From Octopus sinensis (Eukaryota), in NCBI RefSeq assembly GCF_006345805.1, contig NC_043003.1, positions 58,280,001-58,344,000 on the forward strand: a stretch of DNA of 64,000 bases, written 5' to 3'. Both the position numbers and the translations under genes were made by a program. Under the pieces are notes generated by a model. That model did not search any database. It was not told the DNA's origin and saw only the letters and a list, made by a program, of their open reading frames with translations. Below, piece after piece: positions 39,982 to 53,728 of the stretch (positions are counted from its first letter, which is position 1; each line of letters opens with the position of its first letter).

Positions 39982-40212
39982 AAGGTGGCGAGCTGGCAGA
40001 ATCGTTAGCACGCCGGGCGAAATGCCTAGCGGTATTTCGTCTGCGTTACGTTGTGAGTTCAAATTCCGCCGAGGTCGACTTTGCCTTTCATCCTTTCGGG
40101 GTCGATTAAATAAGTACCAGTTACACACTGGAGTCGATATAATCGACTTAATCCGTTTGTCTGTCCTTGTTTGTCCTCTCTGTGTTTAGCCCCTTGTGGG
40201 TAGTAAAGAAAT
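39982..40212 (+). mobile_element. SINE family A (young)
   Basis: Full-length; TSD agtattaattgta(c/t)at. Confidence 0.9.
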
Positions 40213-40884
40213 AAGTATTAATTGTATATGAAATTGGATGAGTGGCTCGTACTGGTACAGAAATAAAATGTGAATTGCAACGCGGTTGAAACCAAACGTG
40301 CTGTTCGTATTCTCATAATATTCTGCAGCGCATGCTTACATTTAATTTTCTTGTACTTTTATATATTGTTGGAGAATTTTCTTTATTTTCTATCAGTCGA
40401 GTGCAGAAACATCTTGAAGACCCGAAAATGAATTTTAGAGAGAAGCAGCTGCCGATCTCGATTCTTTGAAAGATAAATTGATAGAATTAAATGAAAACTG
40501 CTGTCAAGAAGCATTTAAAGTGAGCAAGAATTAATGTGAAACACGAGGGTTGGTCATTAAAAGACAATAAATGTGCCGTAAACGAACGAACGGAGAAAAT
40601 ACATCTGATGCTAGATTGACTGTCAAACAGAATTTTTTTCTTTCATTTCATCATAAAGGATGTTATTGATCACCTGATTATAGCAATAACCGGAAGATTT
40701 CCTCACGAGATTTAGATACACGGTTCAGGTTTTTTACTAGTTTTTCAAAATATTGTTCCTGGAGATTTGGGAATCGAAAAGCTGAATGAAAACAATATTC
40801 TGAGTTTGCAAATTACGCTAACCTAGATAATAATGATTGAGAGACGCGAAACGCACAGACGAATTATACATTGCAAAATATTGG

Positions 40885-41315
40885 TCTCAAATTTTGACAC
40901 AAGGCCAGCAATTTCGGGGTGAGTTAAATCGATAACATCGATCTCCAGTGCGTAACTGGTACTTATATCATCGACCCCCAGTGCTTCGGACAACCGAAGT
41001 TTTTATCTTCTACTAAAAATTTTGTATATATATGACCTCGTGTGTACCGTTGGCGATTTTTTTCCCTTTGTCTTCCTTTCTCTGGATCTTTCCTTCTCCT
41101 ATGTTTCCGACGAAGAGCTCCGCTCGAAACGTTAAACCCTCCTTCTTTCCTTCTTTCTTGAGCGTCCAATAATACTGGTACTTATAATCATCGACCCCGA
41201 AGGGATGAAAGTCAGAGATGACCCCGGCGGAATTTGAACTCAGAACGTAAAGACGGACGAAACATAGCTAAACATTTTTCCGGGGCGGTAACGATTCTAC
41301 CAGCTCGCCGCCTTA
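40885..41315 (-). mobile_element. SINE family A (old tail) interrupted by an inverted copy of 38907-39094
   Basis: SINE halves at 40885-40978 and 41174-41315. Confidence 0.78.
41103..41137 (+). ncRNA. Hammerhead-like motif with CCGACGA core variant
   Basis: gttt-CCGACGA-A-GAGC-tcc-GCTC-GAAAC-GTT-aaac. Confidence 0.5.
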
Positions 41316-41411
41316 ACAGTTAGCCGTTTCTGTGACATGTATAAGTGACCGAGATCACAACATCCCCCACCACCACCACCACCACCACCGCCGCCGCCGC
41401 CGCCGCCGCGG

Positions 41412-41600
41412 CCGTCCTGGACGGGACGCCAGTCCAACGCAGAGTTAACTCATTTACAGCTGAGAGGATAGGAGCGACGTGAAACGAAATGCCTCGCTCA
41501 AGAACACAACACAACTCACCGCACTCGCGGTCCGAGAATCGAAATCACGACCTTGCGAACGTGAACGCAACACCCCAGCCATAACACTCCAAACACCTTC
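41412..41600 (-). mobile_element. Diverged tRNA-derived SINE
   Basis: Minus strand ttcgattctcgg B-box, gtgttcttgagc core, and ggactggcgtcccgtccagg block shared with family C. Confidence 0.6.
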
Positions 41601-42489
41601 ATTTCAAGTTTACCTTGCTACTTGCAAAATATCAGAAATTAATCTTTACATACCTTGACAACCTCAATGACGCAAGGAAGACTTAATGACTTGGTATTAT
41701 ATAAACCATCGAAAGAAACGTTCATTCATGTTTTCTATGTTGATTGTTTAACTGGTTCATATTTATAGTGTAACCGTTAATACCAGAAAGCTATCTATAC
41801 AAGATCTAGTTAAATATATCTACAGTTTTGCAAACTAATAAAATTTGTTATGTGTGTCAATTTATGTAGTATTTTGTCATTATGTTCCATAAACCATTTA
41901 CTCCACAAGTGACTGATTTTTCAAATAAAACATGAGTTTCTAAACTAGAATATCAGAGAAATCAGAAATTTATTCTGCATATTTACAAGCGACTACTTTA
42001 GCTGTATCACTTTGAACTATACAAAATGATAGACACACACACATACACACACATGCAAACACACACATACGAATATATTTATATTTAGTGTAGTGTTCGT
42101 TTGTCGATTGAATCAGCAAACGGTAGTCAATTCAGCAGAAGATAAATATCATTTAATGAATAGAGGAGTAATCGGACGGGTTAATAAAGCTTACCGTGTA
42201 CAATCTAGCAATCATTCAGACTCAGACAACGTAGCTGCTCCGTGAGAAAATACGAGAAAACGAGAGAAAAAACGAGAGAAAAAACCACGTTATGTCACGT
42301 TCTGAGGGGAAGGGCGATATTTCATTTATACAGATTTTAATCCGTTAGAAGAAAAAATACAGTTCTTGTTGATTGTTAAATGCATTTTAATTAGGTTTTG
42401 TCATGTAAAAAAAATCTCTTGTGTGGTTGTCGAATGGGGGAAGGCTAAAGTGCATTAAAATGTTATCTAATTCGGTGAGGTGTAGATCG

Positions 42490-43400
42490 TCTTCTACTTC
42501 GATAAGAAAAACTTGTCGAGATGACTACCTTTTGTAAATATCTCAGATCTCGTGTTTAGAAAGTCAGTACAGTTCTTCGATCTCATAAGGATGTGTTTTC
42601 TTTCAAATATATAGGGTCTACTCTCTTTTGACCTGTTGATGTTGGGTCTAAATCGAGATGCTTCACTTAATGCAGTGTGTTGTGTATACAGCTGTCCTTC
42701 AAGTACCAGGTATGTCCTGTCAGATTTGTACATTTCCTTTTGTCGACGTGTATCGACGTGTATTTTTCCTTGAAGTCACTTTTGCACGGTCTACTATATC
42801 TTTTTTTCTTTATTCGGCAGAAAGGAGATGACCTCCAGCTTTGTAAACGACTGAAGAATGAGCTAACCATGCATACCTGGTCTAGTTGACAAGTATCTAG
42901 GTTCGCGCAGTTGCAGTCTGAATGGTTATTTTTGTTAAGTAAAAGAATGCTTTTTTATAATAGGCCACAATCGCTGGAAACTTCCAGGGAACGTCTATTA
43001 GAGATTTTCTTACGTCTATGGTTACGAGGAAATGTTTATTTATCAGGGCTATGCGTTCTCTTCGTTTGTTTGTTTGTTTTTTTTCTACATTAGTTCTAAA
43101 ATTCAAGAAACAAGAGGTGCAGGAAAAACCATGTAATTCTCCGAGGTCTACTTTTAGGAATGGCTTTTGTTTGGTCCGGATTGTATGATATCTTCCCTTT
43201 GTAGCTACTGTCGGCCAAGATGCTATTATTGTAGGGAGCTGCCGTACTGAAACCTTCATTAGAGGAAGAAAGGAAATCTTATTACTCATGTTAGCTATAA
43301 GCTTTTAGAAAGCGATAGGGGTGACAGGACCTTCTACGTAAAGTTTTATTTGGTTTATTGTAGAACTTGTAAGTGCTTAAGTCTACGTCCAGTGAAGCCT
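42490..43400 (-). mobile_element. Degraded Penelope-like element (RT C-terminus, linker, GIY-YIG tail)
   Basis: Fragments DLSTYKFYNKPN...SCHP, RTNVEK...LINKHF, FKEKYTSIH, FLNTRSEIFTKGSHLDKFFL* resemble PLE motifs YxKPN..SNHP, LIDKHF, LNxRSExxxKCRH. Confidence 0.68.
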
Positions 43401-43539
43401 GGACAGCAAGAAATATTCGTTCTGGTAATAGAAATGAAGTTTTAAGCGCCTGGAAATGCCAACGAGGAATTGACCAGTTTAACTCGGGAAATTTTTCTCT
43501 CGCAGATTCCTTTCGATCTGGGTCGACCAAATTCTGTCA

Positions 43540-44590
43540 TTATTGAGCTTCTGAAAACAATAGTTGAAATCTAAAGTAAACTGCACGAAAATTAGCAAAA
43601 CAATCCAAGTCACACTTCGATCATAAAACACCTTTGCGAATTAGGAAATGTGTCTAAATTTGGTCAGTGGACCCCTCATCATCAGCTTAATCGAATAATT
43701 GCCTTCTGCACAATATTGAAGAGAAGACCTGCCACCGAATCTTTCTTTGGTAGAATCATTTCAAGTGATGTTTGGTGAGTTCTCTACAATCGTATTCAAC
43801 GAAGACGACGATGGTTAGCACTCAATGAAAAAGGAGAATCCATCCCCAAACCAGGATTGTAAATGGAAAAAAAATTATGCTCGGTGTTTGGTGAGTATTC
43901 TACGTAAGGAAGTGTTAAACCAAAATGAAACAAATTGATAATTGGAAGCATTGCACAAAACATTTACAGAAAAATGCCCATCATTGGTTAATCGTAAAGG
44001 GATATTGCTCTTACATGATAATGCAAGGCCATATATTAACCAAGTCACAGAAAAAAGATTATGGCACTACATATGAACTTTTGCTTCATCCTCCTTACTC
44101 TCCTTCATTTGACTAACACCTTTTCAGTTAATTGCAACATTATTTAGTTGGGAAAACGCGGTGAACTGACAGAGTTGTTAGCACACTGGACGAAATGCTT
44201 AGCGGCATTTCGCCCGCCGCTACGTTCTGAGTTCAAATTCCACCGAGGTCGACTTTGCCTTTCATCCTTTCGGCGTTGATAAATTAAGTACCAGTTGCGT
44301 ACTGGGGTCTATCTAATCGACTGCCCCCCCTCCCTTAAAATTTCAGGCCTTGTGCCTTTAGTAGAAATGATTATTTAGTGGGAAAACAATTTATTAGTTG
44401 TGAAGAGGTTAAAATGATTTTGAGTGTTTGCTTTTAAACCTGGAGAATTTTACGACCGAGGGATCAAGAATTTGCCAAACAGATGCGATTATGTTATCAA
44501 CAATTAAGGAGGGAATATTATTTGATAAAATATAACATTTTGTTTCTTTCCCTTCCTGAAATGCGACAGGACTTTCTTTCCACCCTAACA
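43540..44590 (+). mobile_element. Mariner transposon fossil interrupted by SINE A
   Basis: GQWTPH (WVPHEL), RIISSD, LLLHDNARP, HPPYSP, GIKNLPNR. SINE A at 44157-44369 has TSD attatttag(t)tgggaaaa. Confidence 0.8.
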
Positions 44591-45092
44591 GAGAATATGA
44601 TGACGGACTTCTTTTCATTTCTCTAACGAGAAAATTGAGCAGATTCCCGATACGATTTTTCTCTCGTATGCAAAACGAAAACAACCAATGAAAAAGAAAC
44701 TCTGTGTTTGCGCACGCGTACGACTCTGGGTGCATTGCAATAGATGTAAGGTATATGCGTAGATTGATATACGCTTATAGATGGATATACGTTTATATAC
44801 CTATATACATACACACGCAAGCACACACACACACACACACACATACGCACATATTAATTAGCCCATCCGTTCTATTTTAGCAAGAGAAAGAGAAAATATC
44901 TTCCTTCTTCAGTTACTTTGTAGCAAAAATAATTAAAATTCACCATTTAGAATTGCGCTTAATCTATTTCGCATTAATTTTGTAGATAATAAAAATGATA
45001 AAATGACAACCACACACACACACACACACAGACACACACACACACACACACAAGTTGGAATTAGTGTGTGCCAGCATTATTATGTATACAGC

Positions 45093-45490
45093 AAGGCGGC
45101 GAACTGGCAGAAACGTTAGCACGCTGGGCGAAATGCGTAGCCGTATTTCGTCTGCTGTTACGTACTGAGTTCAAATTCCGCCGAGGTCGATTTTGCCTTT
45201 CATCCTTTCGGGGTCGATAAATTAAGTACCAGTTACGCACTGGGGTCGATATAATCGACTTAATCCGTTTGTCTGTCCTTGTTTGTCCTCTCTGTGTTTA
45301 GCCCCTTGTGGGCAGTAAAGAAATAACGTATTTCGTTCGTCCTAGCATTCTGGGTTCGAATTCCGTCGAGGGTGACTTTGTCTTCAATCCTTTTGGCATC
45401 GATAAAATAATACCATTTGACCACTAGGTCCGATGTAATTGACTGTTTCCTTCCCCGAAATTTTCGGACTCGTGCCTCAAGCAGAAAGAA
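45093..45490 (+). mobile_element. SINE A (young) followed directly by the body of an older SINE A
   Basis: Junction aaagaaataac|gtatttcgttcg at ~45327. Confidence 0.82.
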
Positions 45491-45519
45491 TTACTATGTA
45501 CAAGATCTGACCAAAAAGT

Positions 45520-45848
45520 ATCAAAGGACACCCTCTTCGGTCATGAATGACCATAGGATTGCACGTAGAAAGTTACCCGCCCAGGCACAATTCCGGTCAA
45601 GTTTGTTTATGGAAGGCCAGCAGTCGCCTCCTCTCTCCACACCACTGATGTTATCCAAGGGAAAGGCTAAGGCCGATACAGTTTGGCACCAGTGACGTCG
45701 CAACCCATTTCTACAGCTGAGTTAACTGAAGCAACGTGAAATAAAGTGTCTTACTCAAGAACACAACACGCTGCCAGGGCCGGGAATCGAACTCACAACT
45801 ACACGATCGAAAGCTCAACGCTCTAACCACTGAGCCATGCGCCTTCGC
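45520..45848 (-). mobile_element. tRNA-derived SINE family D
   Basis: Minus strand tggctcagtggttagagc A-box, gagttcgattccc B-box, gtgttcttgagtaagacact core. Confidence 0.8.
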
Positions 45849-46104
45849 AGTATCAGAACGGGTGCTATAAAAATGAAGAAGTAATGTCATAGTTTCAGCT
45901 TACAACATTCCGTTACTCAAACTTACGTATCCCGGTCTTTAGACAATGCTCAGACGTGACGGCCGGTGTATCAAATGGTGCTCCAGTTGCTGTCAGTTTT
46001 ATCAACTTGATTCGGGCAAGCGGCAGGTTAGTTGAGGCATACATTATATATGTATTTCCATTTAACTGGTTCTGCTCTGTGGCTGTGAGAATCGATCTAA
46101 GATT

Positions 46105-46418
46105 TATTTTGTTTTTGTTTGTCCCTTCTCGAGCCACGCCTGGCTCATAAGGGCCAGTTTCCCGGTTTCCTTGACGTATAGGTTCCCCGCCTGGACGGGA
46201 CGCCGGTCCGCCGCAGGTGAGCAGCAAGATGCAGGAGGAAAGAGTGAGAGAAAGTTGTGGCGAAAGAGTCAGCAGAAGTTCGCCACATTACCTTCTGCCG
46301 GAGCCGCGTAGAGCTTAGGTGTTTCGCTCATTAACACACACGTCGCCCGGTCTGAGATTCGAACTCGCGATCCCTCGACCGCGAGTCCGCTGCTCTAACC
46401 ACTAGGCCATGTGCCTCC
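46105..46418 (-). mobile_element. tRNA(Arg)-like SINE family C, full length
   Basis: Minus strand tggcctagtggttagagcagcggactcgcgg...gagttcgaatctc; tail ggctcgagaagggacaaacaaaa. Confidence 0.85.
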
Positions 46419-46504
46419 AGATCAGTTCTTGGCCATTTCCCCTGTTCGCAGTTCTATTATATCTTTGCGAGCAAGAAATGTAATGTAATGTAATTCTCCT
46501 TTGC

Positions 46505-46734
46505 TCTTTTACTTGTTTACTTGTTTCAGTCATTTGACTGTGGCCATGCTGGAGCACCGCTTTTAGTCGAGCAAATCGACCCCAGGACTTATTCTTTGTA
46601 TGCCTAGTACTTATTCTATCGGTCTGTTTTGCCGAACCGCTAAGTTACGGGGACGTAAACACACCAGCATCGGTTGTCAAGCGATGTTGGGGGGACAAAC
46701 ACAGACACACAAACATACACACACACACACACAC

Positions 46735-46776
<42 letters not shown>

Positions 46777-46940
46777 CGACGGGCTTCTTTCAGTTTCCGT
46801 CCACCAAATCCACTCACAAGGCTTTGGTTGGCTCGAGGCTATAGTAGAAGACACTTGCGCAAGGTGCCACGCAGTGGGACTGAACCCGGAACCATGTGCT
46901 TGGTAAGCAAGATACTTACCACACAGCCACTCCTGCGCCT
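46505..46940 (-). mobile_element. SINE family B (young)
   Basis: Full-length match to the other family B copies. Confidence 0.88.
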
Positions 46941-47214
46941 TGTTTTTTTTTATATCTTATACCCTGATATTTAGAGTAAGTAATGAATTAACATGATCAA
47001 CTTCCAACAACTATCCGTTCGAAATAAAGAAGGAAAGAATTCCTTGGAACACCATGTCCAACGCAAAAAAAACCCAGAAGAACAAAACAATCGGGGGAGA
47101 GAGAAAAATAAAAAGAAAGAAGGAAGGAGAGGAAGGGAAAAGCCGGTTGGAAAGTCTATCATAGACTTACTCGATCAGAAGTGACTCGGGGATAGGCAAC
47201 CACAGCAACAGGAA

Positions 47215-47912
47215 CAGTTACTACTACCGCCACCATCTCCACCATCACCCCATCACCCGCACCAATACTACTACTGCTAACACAACCACCACCATCGCCA
47301 CCACTATCATTACTGCTACTACTACTTTTACATTTACTACCACCACCACCACCACCACCACCACCAATACCATTAATACCATTAATACTACTATTTTTAA
47401 CACAACCACCACCACCACCACCACCATGACTACTACTACTACTACCACCACCACCACCACCACCACCATGACTACTACTACTACTACCACCACCACCACC
47501 ATGACTACTACTAATACTACTACTACCTCCACCACCACTACCACCACCAATACCATTAATACTACTATTATTAACACAACTATCACTACTACCACCACCA
47601 CCACCACCACCATGACTACTACTACTACTACTACTGCTGCTGCTGCTACTACTACTACTACTAGTACCTCCACCACCACCAATACCATTAATACTACTAT
47701 TATTAACACAACCATCACCATCACCAACACCATCACCACCACCACCACCACCATGACTACTACTACTACTTCCACCACCACTACCACCACCAATACCATT
47801 AATACTATTCTTAACACAACCACCACCACCATCACCACCATCACCACCATCACCACCATTGATACTAGCATAATCACCATCACCCACCACCATCATCACT
47901 ACCACTACTACC
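47215..47912. repeat. Compound (ACC/ACT/CAT)n low-complexity repeat with higher-order units
   Basis: Recurrent aataccattaatactactatt...ttaacacaac blocks between triplet runs. Confidence 0.85.
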
Positions 47913-48392
47913 TCAGTAACGTTTATACAACAATGACAGCAGCAACGACAACATCTAATTCATAGATATCAGTTGCTTATCGACGATTCCTATCAATTCC
48001 TCTCATTTAAACATGATGTTAATCTATAATTGATTCACATCACTGTTAAATCACTGTCTGTTATGATCTTGCTTTTTTTTTTTTTTTTGGTCTCTACCTA
48101 CATTAGCTATAATGGAATGACTTGCTGAAGAATACAATGCCATAACTATACTTAAATCATAAACACAGGAACAAGAACTCCCAAGGAATCTGTTTTTCAT
48201 TGATTCCATTTTGTGTACCAAATACTGAATTGTGTCTAAGAGTTAGCTTGTATCTCTCTGCGCTACATAAAACGTCTTCTATATTATTTATGCATTTTTT
48301 AAAGGAATAATGGATCTCGAAGCACTTAGAGCTAGAAATAACAGAATGTAGATATTAGATTGAAAAACACTTTTAGATAGAGAAAAAGTCGA

Positions 48393-48698
48393 TGGCTGCA
48401 TGACGGACTCGAACTCACATCTCCTGTAGAGATGACAAGCCCTCTACCGCAGGACAAAGCAATCCTGCGATTTCTTTATCCATTTCAGAAACTTTATTCT
48501 TATCAGCGAGAATTGTATTTTAGTAATGTCATCAGAGTAAAAAGGAATGGTAATCACCCGTGATCTTCTAAGTTTTCAGGAGTGTGAGACGTTCTGGCAT
48601 AGCCGTCTAGGCGCCGCCCATTTGGCGTCACTGATTCGGCGCTGACTTATTTGATATCCGACGTTTTGATGGTTTTATTGTTCCCTCCCTTCCCTCCT

Positions 48699-48765
<67 letters not shown>

Positions 48766-48932
48766 TCTCTCTCCCTATCTCTCTCTCTCTGATGATATTA
48801 CCAAAATACAATTCTCGCAGGTAAGAATAAAGTTTCTGAAATGGATAAAGAAATCGAAGGACTGCTTTGTCCTGCGGTAGAAGGCTTGTCATCTCTACAG
48901 GAGATGTGAGTTCGAGTCCCACAGGAAGCCAT
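48393..48932. repeat. ~140-bp inverted repeat pair, each arm ending in a tRNA-like sequence
   Basis: 48393-48537 is the approximate reverse complement of 48787-48932; includes gagttcgagtcc B-box. Confidence 0.8.
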
Positions 48933-49627
48933 TTCTCTTAATGTGTTTGAGGAGAGGGATAGCGTTTATATCGATCATGTTCATTTCATAAACTTTAATA
49001 TCTCTCACTCTTTCTGTCTGCATATGTATATTTAGGGGGACGTAAACAAACCAACGTCGGTTGTCACGTGATGGTGGTGGGGTAGGGAGGGACAAATATA
49101 AGCACACAAACACATATACGACGGGCTTCCATGCAGTTTCTGTCTATTAAATTCACCCGTATGGTATTGGCAGGCCCGGTGCTATAGTAGAAAACATTTG
49201 CCCAACGTGCCGTGCAGTGGGACCGAACCCAAAATCGTGTTGTTACGAAGAGAGATTCTCAATCTCACAACCATGCTTACACCTACAGGAAGAAGTTAGA
49301 AGCTCTTCGCGCTTTTTTGACTTTGTGGTACGCTGAAGATCAAAAGTTAAAAGATCTACAATAGAAAAAATATATCGCTTTGCAGCCGAGTGGTTTCGAC
49401 TTTAGATCCGTTGTATTGCACTTTGGGCGTGTGTCTTCTATTATAGCCTCAAGCTACTAATGCCTTGTGAGTGAATTAGGTAGACGGAAACTGTGCAGAA
49501 GCCTGTGGTGTGTGTGTCGTGTTTGACCTTCACAGCTTCTTGACAACCTTTGTAGGTTTGTTTATGTGCACGTAACTTAAATACTCAGTAGTGACCACTT
49601 CCCTTAACATTAACCATTGCTCTTAAA

Positions 49628-49718
49628 GTTGACCACTATTGTCCTTCACGTTGACCACTACTGTCCTTCACGTTGCTCACTACTGTCCTTCACGTTGACC
49701 ACTGTTATTCACGTTGAT
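49628..49718. repeat. ~21-bp tandem repeat, about 4 copies (gttgaccactactgtccttcac)
   Basis: Direct inspection. Confidence 0.8.
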
Positions 49719-49963
49719 TAACGAACCAACGAAGAAGCATCTACGCGGTCGCTCGACTTGTTAGAAAGAGCAACTAAAAAAAATTATCTTAAACCATACT
49801 CTTAAACATCTTAAAAAGCAAAAGAAGGCGAGTATTGTGGAGTCATGGATATCATACATAAATTATCATAATTAGATAAATTTTCACCGGTGTTAAGCAG
49901 TGGTGGGGTCAAACACAAACGCAAACACACGCACACACATACAAACACACACATATAAGAGAG

Positions 49964-49999
<36 letters not shown>

Positions 50000-50342
50000 G
50001 CGAGCTTCCACACAGCTTCCGCCTATCATAATTCACTCCCAAGGAATTGATCGTCTCGGATCTATACTAGAAGACAGTTGCCCATAGGTAAAATATGCGA
50101 TGGCGATGGTTGTAGCGCTTTGATCATTAGATGAGCTGGTGGAACAGTTAGTGCCCCGGGCAAAATGCTTAGTGGCATTTCATCCGTTTTTACGTTCTGA
50201 GCTCAAATTCCGCCGAGATCTACTTTCATCTGCCTTTCATCTATTCGGTGTCAATGAAATAAGTAACCGTAAAGTACTGGGTCAATGTAATCGACTTGTC
50301 GCCTCTTCCACATTATCAGGCGTTGTGCCTATAATAGAAAGG

Positions 50343-50416
<74 letters not shown>

Positions 50417-50595
50417 CATTGTATAACACTAACAGCTTATTTTGCTGGGTATGATAGTTTCAAATTTTGCAGACTAAGGTGACACTAGTTTACTGGTCAT
50501 GCTTCAAGAACCCTGCGAAGAATTCTTGTATAATAATGCTGATTTTTGTAGGTGTTCTACCTTCACATTTGCACCGATCTTTTTCGGCCATGTTG

Positions 50596-50664
<69 letters not shown>

Positions 50665-51090
50665 CTGCGAGTTGGCAGAAACGTTAGCACGCCGGGCGAA
50701 ATGCTTAGCGGTATTTCGTCTGCCGTTACGTTCTCAGTTCAAATTCCGCCGAGGTCGACTTTGCCTTTCATCCTTTCGGGGTCGATTAAATAAGTACCAG
50801 TTACGCACTGGGTCGATATAATCGACTTAATCCGTTTGTCTGTCCTTGTTTGTCCTCTGTGTGTTTAGCCCCTTGTGGGTAGTAAAGAAATAGAATTAGG
50901 TATTTCGTCCGTCTTCACGTTGCGAGTTCAAATTCTGCTGAGGACTTTGCATTTCGCCCTTTTGGAGTCGATAAAGTAAGCACCAGTTGAACGAAGTCGA
51001 CTGATCTCGTCCCCCAAAATTGCAGCCCTTATGGAGAAATTTGAAACTACTACTACTATTATTATTATTATTATTATTATATTATTATTA

Positions 51091-51121
<31 letters not shown>

Positions 51122-51342
51122 TATCCAAGGCGGCGAGCTGGTAGAAATGTTAGCACGCTGGGCAAAGTGCTTAGCAGCATTTCATCTGTCTTTACGTCCT
51201 GAGTTCAAATTCCTCCGAGGTCGGCTTTGCCTTTCATGCTTCCGTGGTCGATAAAATAAGTACCAGTGAAGTACTGGATTCGATGTAATCAGCTTGCTCT
51301 CACCCCCACAAACTTTCAGGCCTTGTGCCTATAGTAAAAAGG
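50665..51342 (+). mobile_element. Cluster of SINE A copies in (ATT)n
   Basis: Young copy 50665-50891, old body 50899-51048, old copy 51128-51342. Confidence 0.8.
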
Positions 51343-52011
51343 TTCATTAGACAAGTTTGATCACGGCTGACCTGCGTCTAAACCACAACGTTGACACGTC
51401 CGTCACATTGACTATGAGCAGTAAGTATATTTAGAATAGATTACTATGGTTTGCTATAATATTTTGACTTACTACGGTGCTGGATCGTACAGAGAAGAGC
51501 TAAAGCAGTATGAGGTACTGGGCGGGATGGTGGTGGTGATGGTGGTGGTGCTCGTGGTGGTGGTGGTGTTGGTGAAGGCAATGTCACTTAGCCTAAGCTG
51601 TCTTCTAGAACATTGCTCTTACCATTCTGTTTCGAATAGTAAAAAAAAAAAAATCATAAGATATTATTAAATACAGTAAAGTAATTTAAAAATAGCTTAA
51701 AATGGAAGTTTGAGGAAATTAAAAAAAAATCCCTAATAAGAAAATTAAAATAAAAAAATTAAGAAAAATGGAAAATCTAATTTTAAAAATGAAATAAATA
51801 CGTGAAACAAAGAAAAGAAATATACAATGTGTGTGTGTGTGTGTGTGTGTGTAATTATATATGTACATGCACACGTACACACTTACATACACACGTATTT
51901 ATTATACACAGGCATACTAAGTGACATATACATATATTTTTATACAGATAAATATTTAAATATAGCTATATTATATATACATACATGTAAATGTGCGTCA
52001 GTGTACATATA

Positions 52012-52074
<63 letters not shown>

Positions 52075-52077
<3 letters not shown>

Positions 52078-53728
52078 ATTGTTCAGTTTCATTTCAAGAT
52101 TTCTTGCCAATAGAGAAAGAGCTGGTTTCTAACCTAAATTCAAGCTTTCTTCATTGGAAGTTCAACATCAACAACAGGGTATTATTGTATGTATGTATGT
52201 ATGTATGTATGTATGTATGTATGTATGTATGTATGTATGTATGTATGTATGTTTTGCTTTATGTATGTATTTTCATGCATATAGTTGCTTATCTAGACAT
52301 GCTCATATATATATTTAAATGATCAACTTCTGGAAAGTTTTACAGATATTTTACAGTTCCAGTGATGGATTGGATCTGTAGTCTTCGAATTAGCTTCCTT
52401 CTTTCTGGTTTTGAGGAGCCTAATTTCTCAAGATTGGTATTTAGGCAATGTGTTACATATCCCAGGGCCCCAATAATCACAAGTATAAACCTGAAATTGT
52501 AATCTGGATAGAGCATCTGAAGATTTCTCAATAGTTCAGCGTAGGTGTTCTCATTTTCACTGATCTTCAGCTTTATATTAAAACTGGGCAGCTAATTTCT
52601 ACGACTATGCACGGTTTCTCTTCTCTGTCAGGTCTGTTGTGCTTACATTTTATTGAAGTCTTCACTGTGACATTCCACCAGTACTCCATTTTATTATGAG
52701 TGGCTATGGCTTCTACCATATTGTGGGTTCTTAAATCTTTGTCCTCGGGGGTTATCCTTCCGAAATATTTTATTATATTGTGTCCTAACTACATTATGTA
52801 TCATCGGTAGATAATACCGTGATGACATTTTCAGACAACTGCTTATGATGTGGGTGATATCTTTGGTGTTAACTCCACAAAGTCTGCATCAGTTGTCACA
52901 TTTTACTGCTTTTCCTGCATCTCCATCCCTTTTGTGCATCAGATATTTGGTTGATATTTCCTGTTCCTGGATTGCAAACGCATACACTTCAAAGTGGGTG
53001 GTAGTAATCCGGCTTTTGATCCATGATAATCTGCTTTGATGATAGATGTTACTATCATCTCGGAGCTTTCTACTAACATATCTATGCATAGTCTTCTGCT
53101 CATATAGGCTCACCCTTTCATCTGATGATACGTTGCGATAGAGTCGTGCGACTTCTTTGGGCATGTATTCTAGGTTATGAAACAAAGAATGTTGCTCAAG
53201 GAGCTGCCTTCCAAGTCTTATGATGTTATCAGCCTCTTGTATGCAAACTTGGTCAAGGGATGCACTTCGACTCTTGGTGGTTAAAGGATGTTGTCGAATG
53301 GATATGATATGACATTCAAAGGCATTTTAGATCGATGTTAAGCCTCTGACATCTTCCTTTCGTTTTAAGTAAAGGCGATCTACGTCACTGTTTATGTGGA
53401 AATTATTTGTGCTTGTTAGTATTTTTCGGGGTTTCACATCAATGGCTCGGATTTCATGAAGCGTTTATTCAAGCATCCCAAAAGTTAGTATGAGTACAGG
53501 TTTTATTGAATGCAGAGAGTTCTGATGTCCAAATTTTCTTTATTCAGTTGTAATATTCTTTAGTGATACGTGTTTTATTACAGGTGCCATTGCAAGATAT
53601 GTTTTCAGCCAACCCTAGATACCTGTACCATTCTTCGTCAGATATAGGGGAAACAGTCAGATCATTGATGGAGATGTTACTAGTCTGGTTTATAGTTTTC
53701 CTCCTTTTCACAACCATCTGTATGTGTC
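52075..53728 (-). mobile_element. 5'-truncated, decayed RLE-type (R4-like) non-LTR retrotransposon, family 4
   Basis: Minus strand YRYLG, FAIQEQEI, CRLCGVNTKDITHIISSC, HNRPD, VIIGALG; 3' UTR contains (CATA)n and ends at (TA)n. Confidence 0.85.

Noticed and set aside
40240-40860. Continuation of the hAT fossil from 37850
   Set aside because: Only faint motif resemblance; cannot be supported without alignment.
47159-47965. Gly/Ser/His-rich, poly-Val or poly-Thr structural protein ORFs
   Set aside because: Several frames on both strands are open because the region is triplet repeat; no signal peptide or splice evidence.
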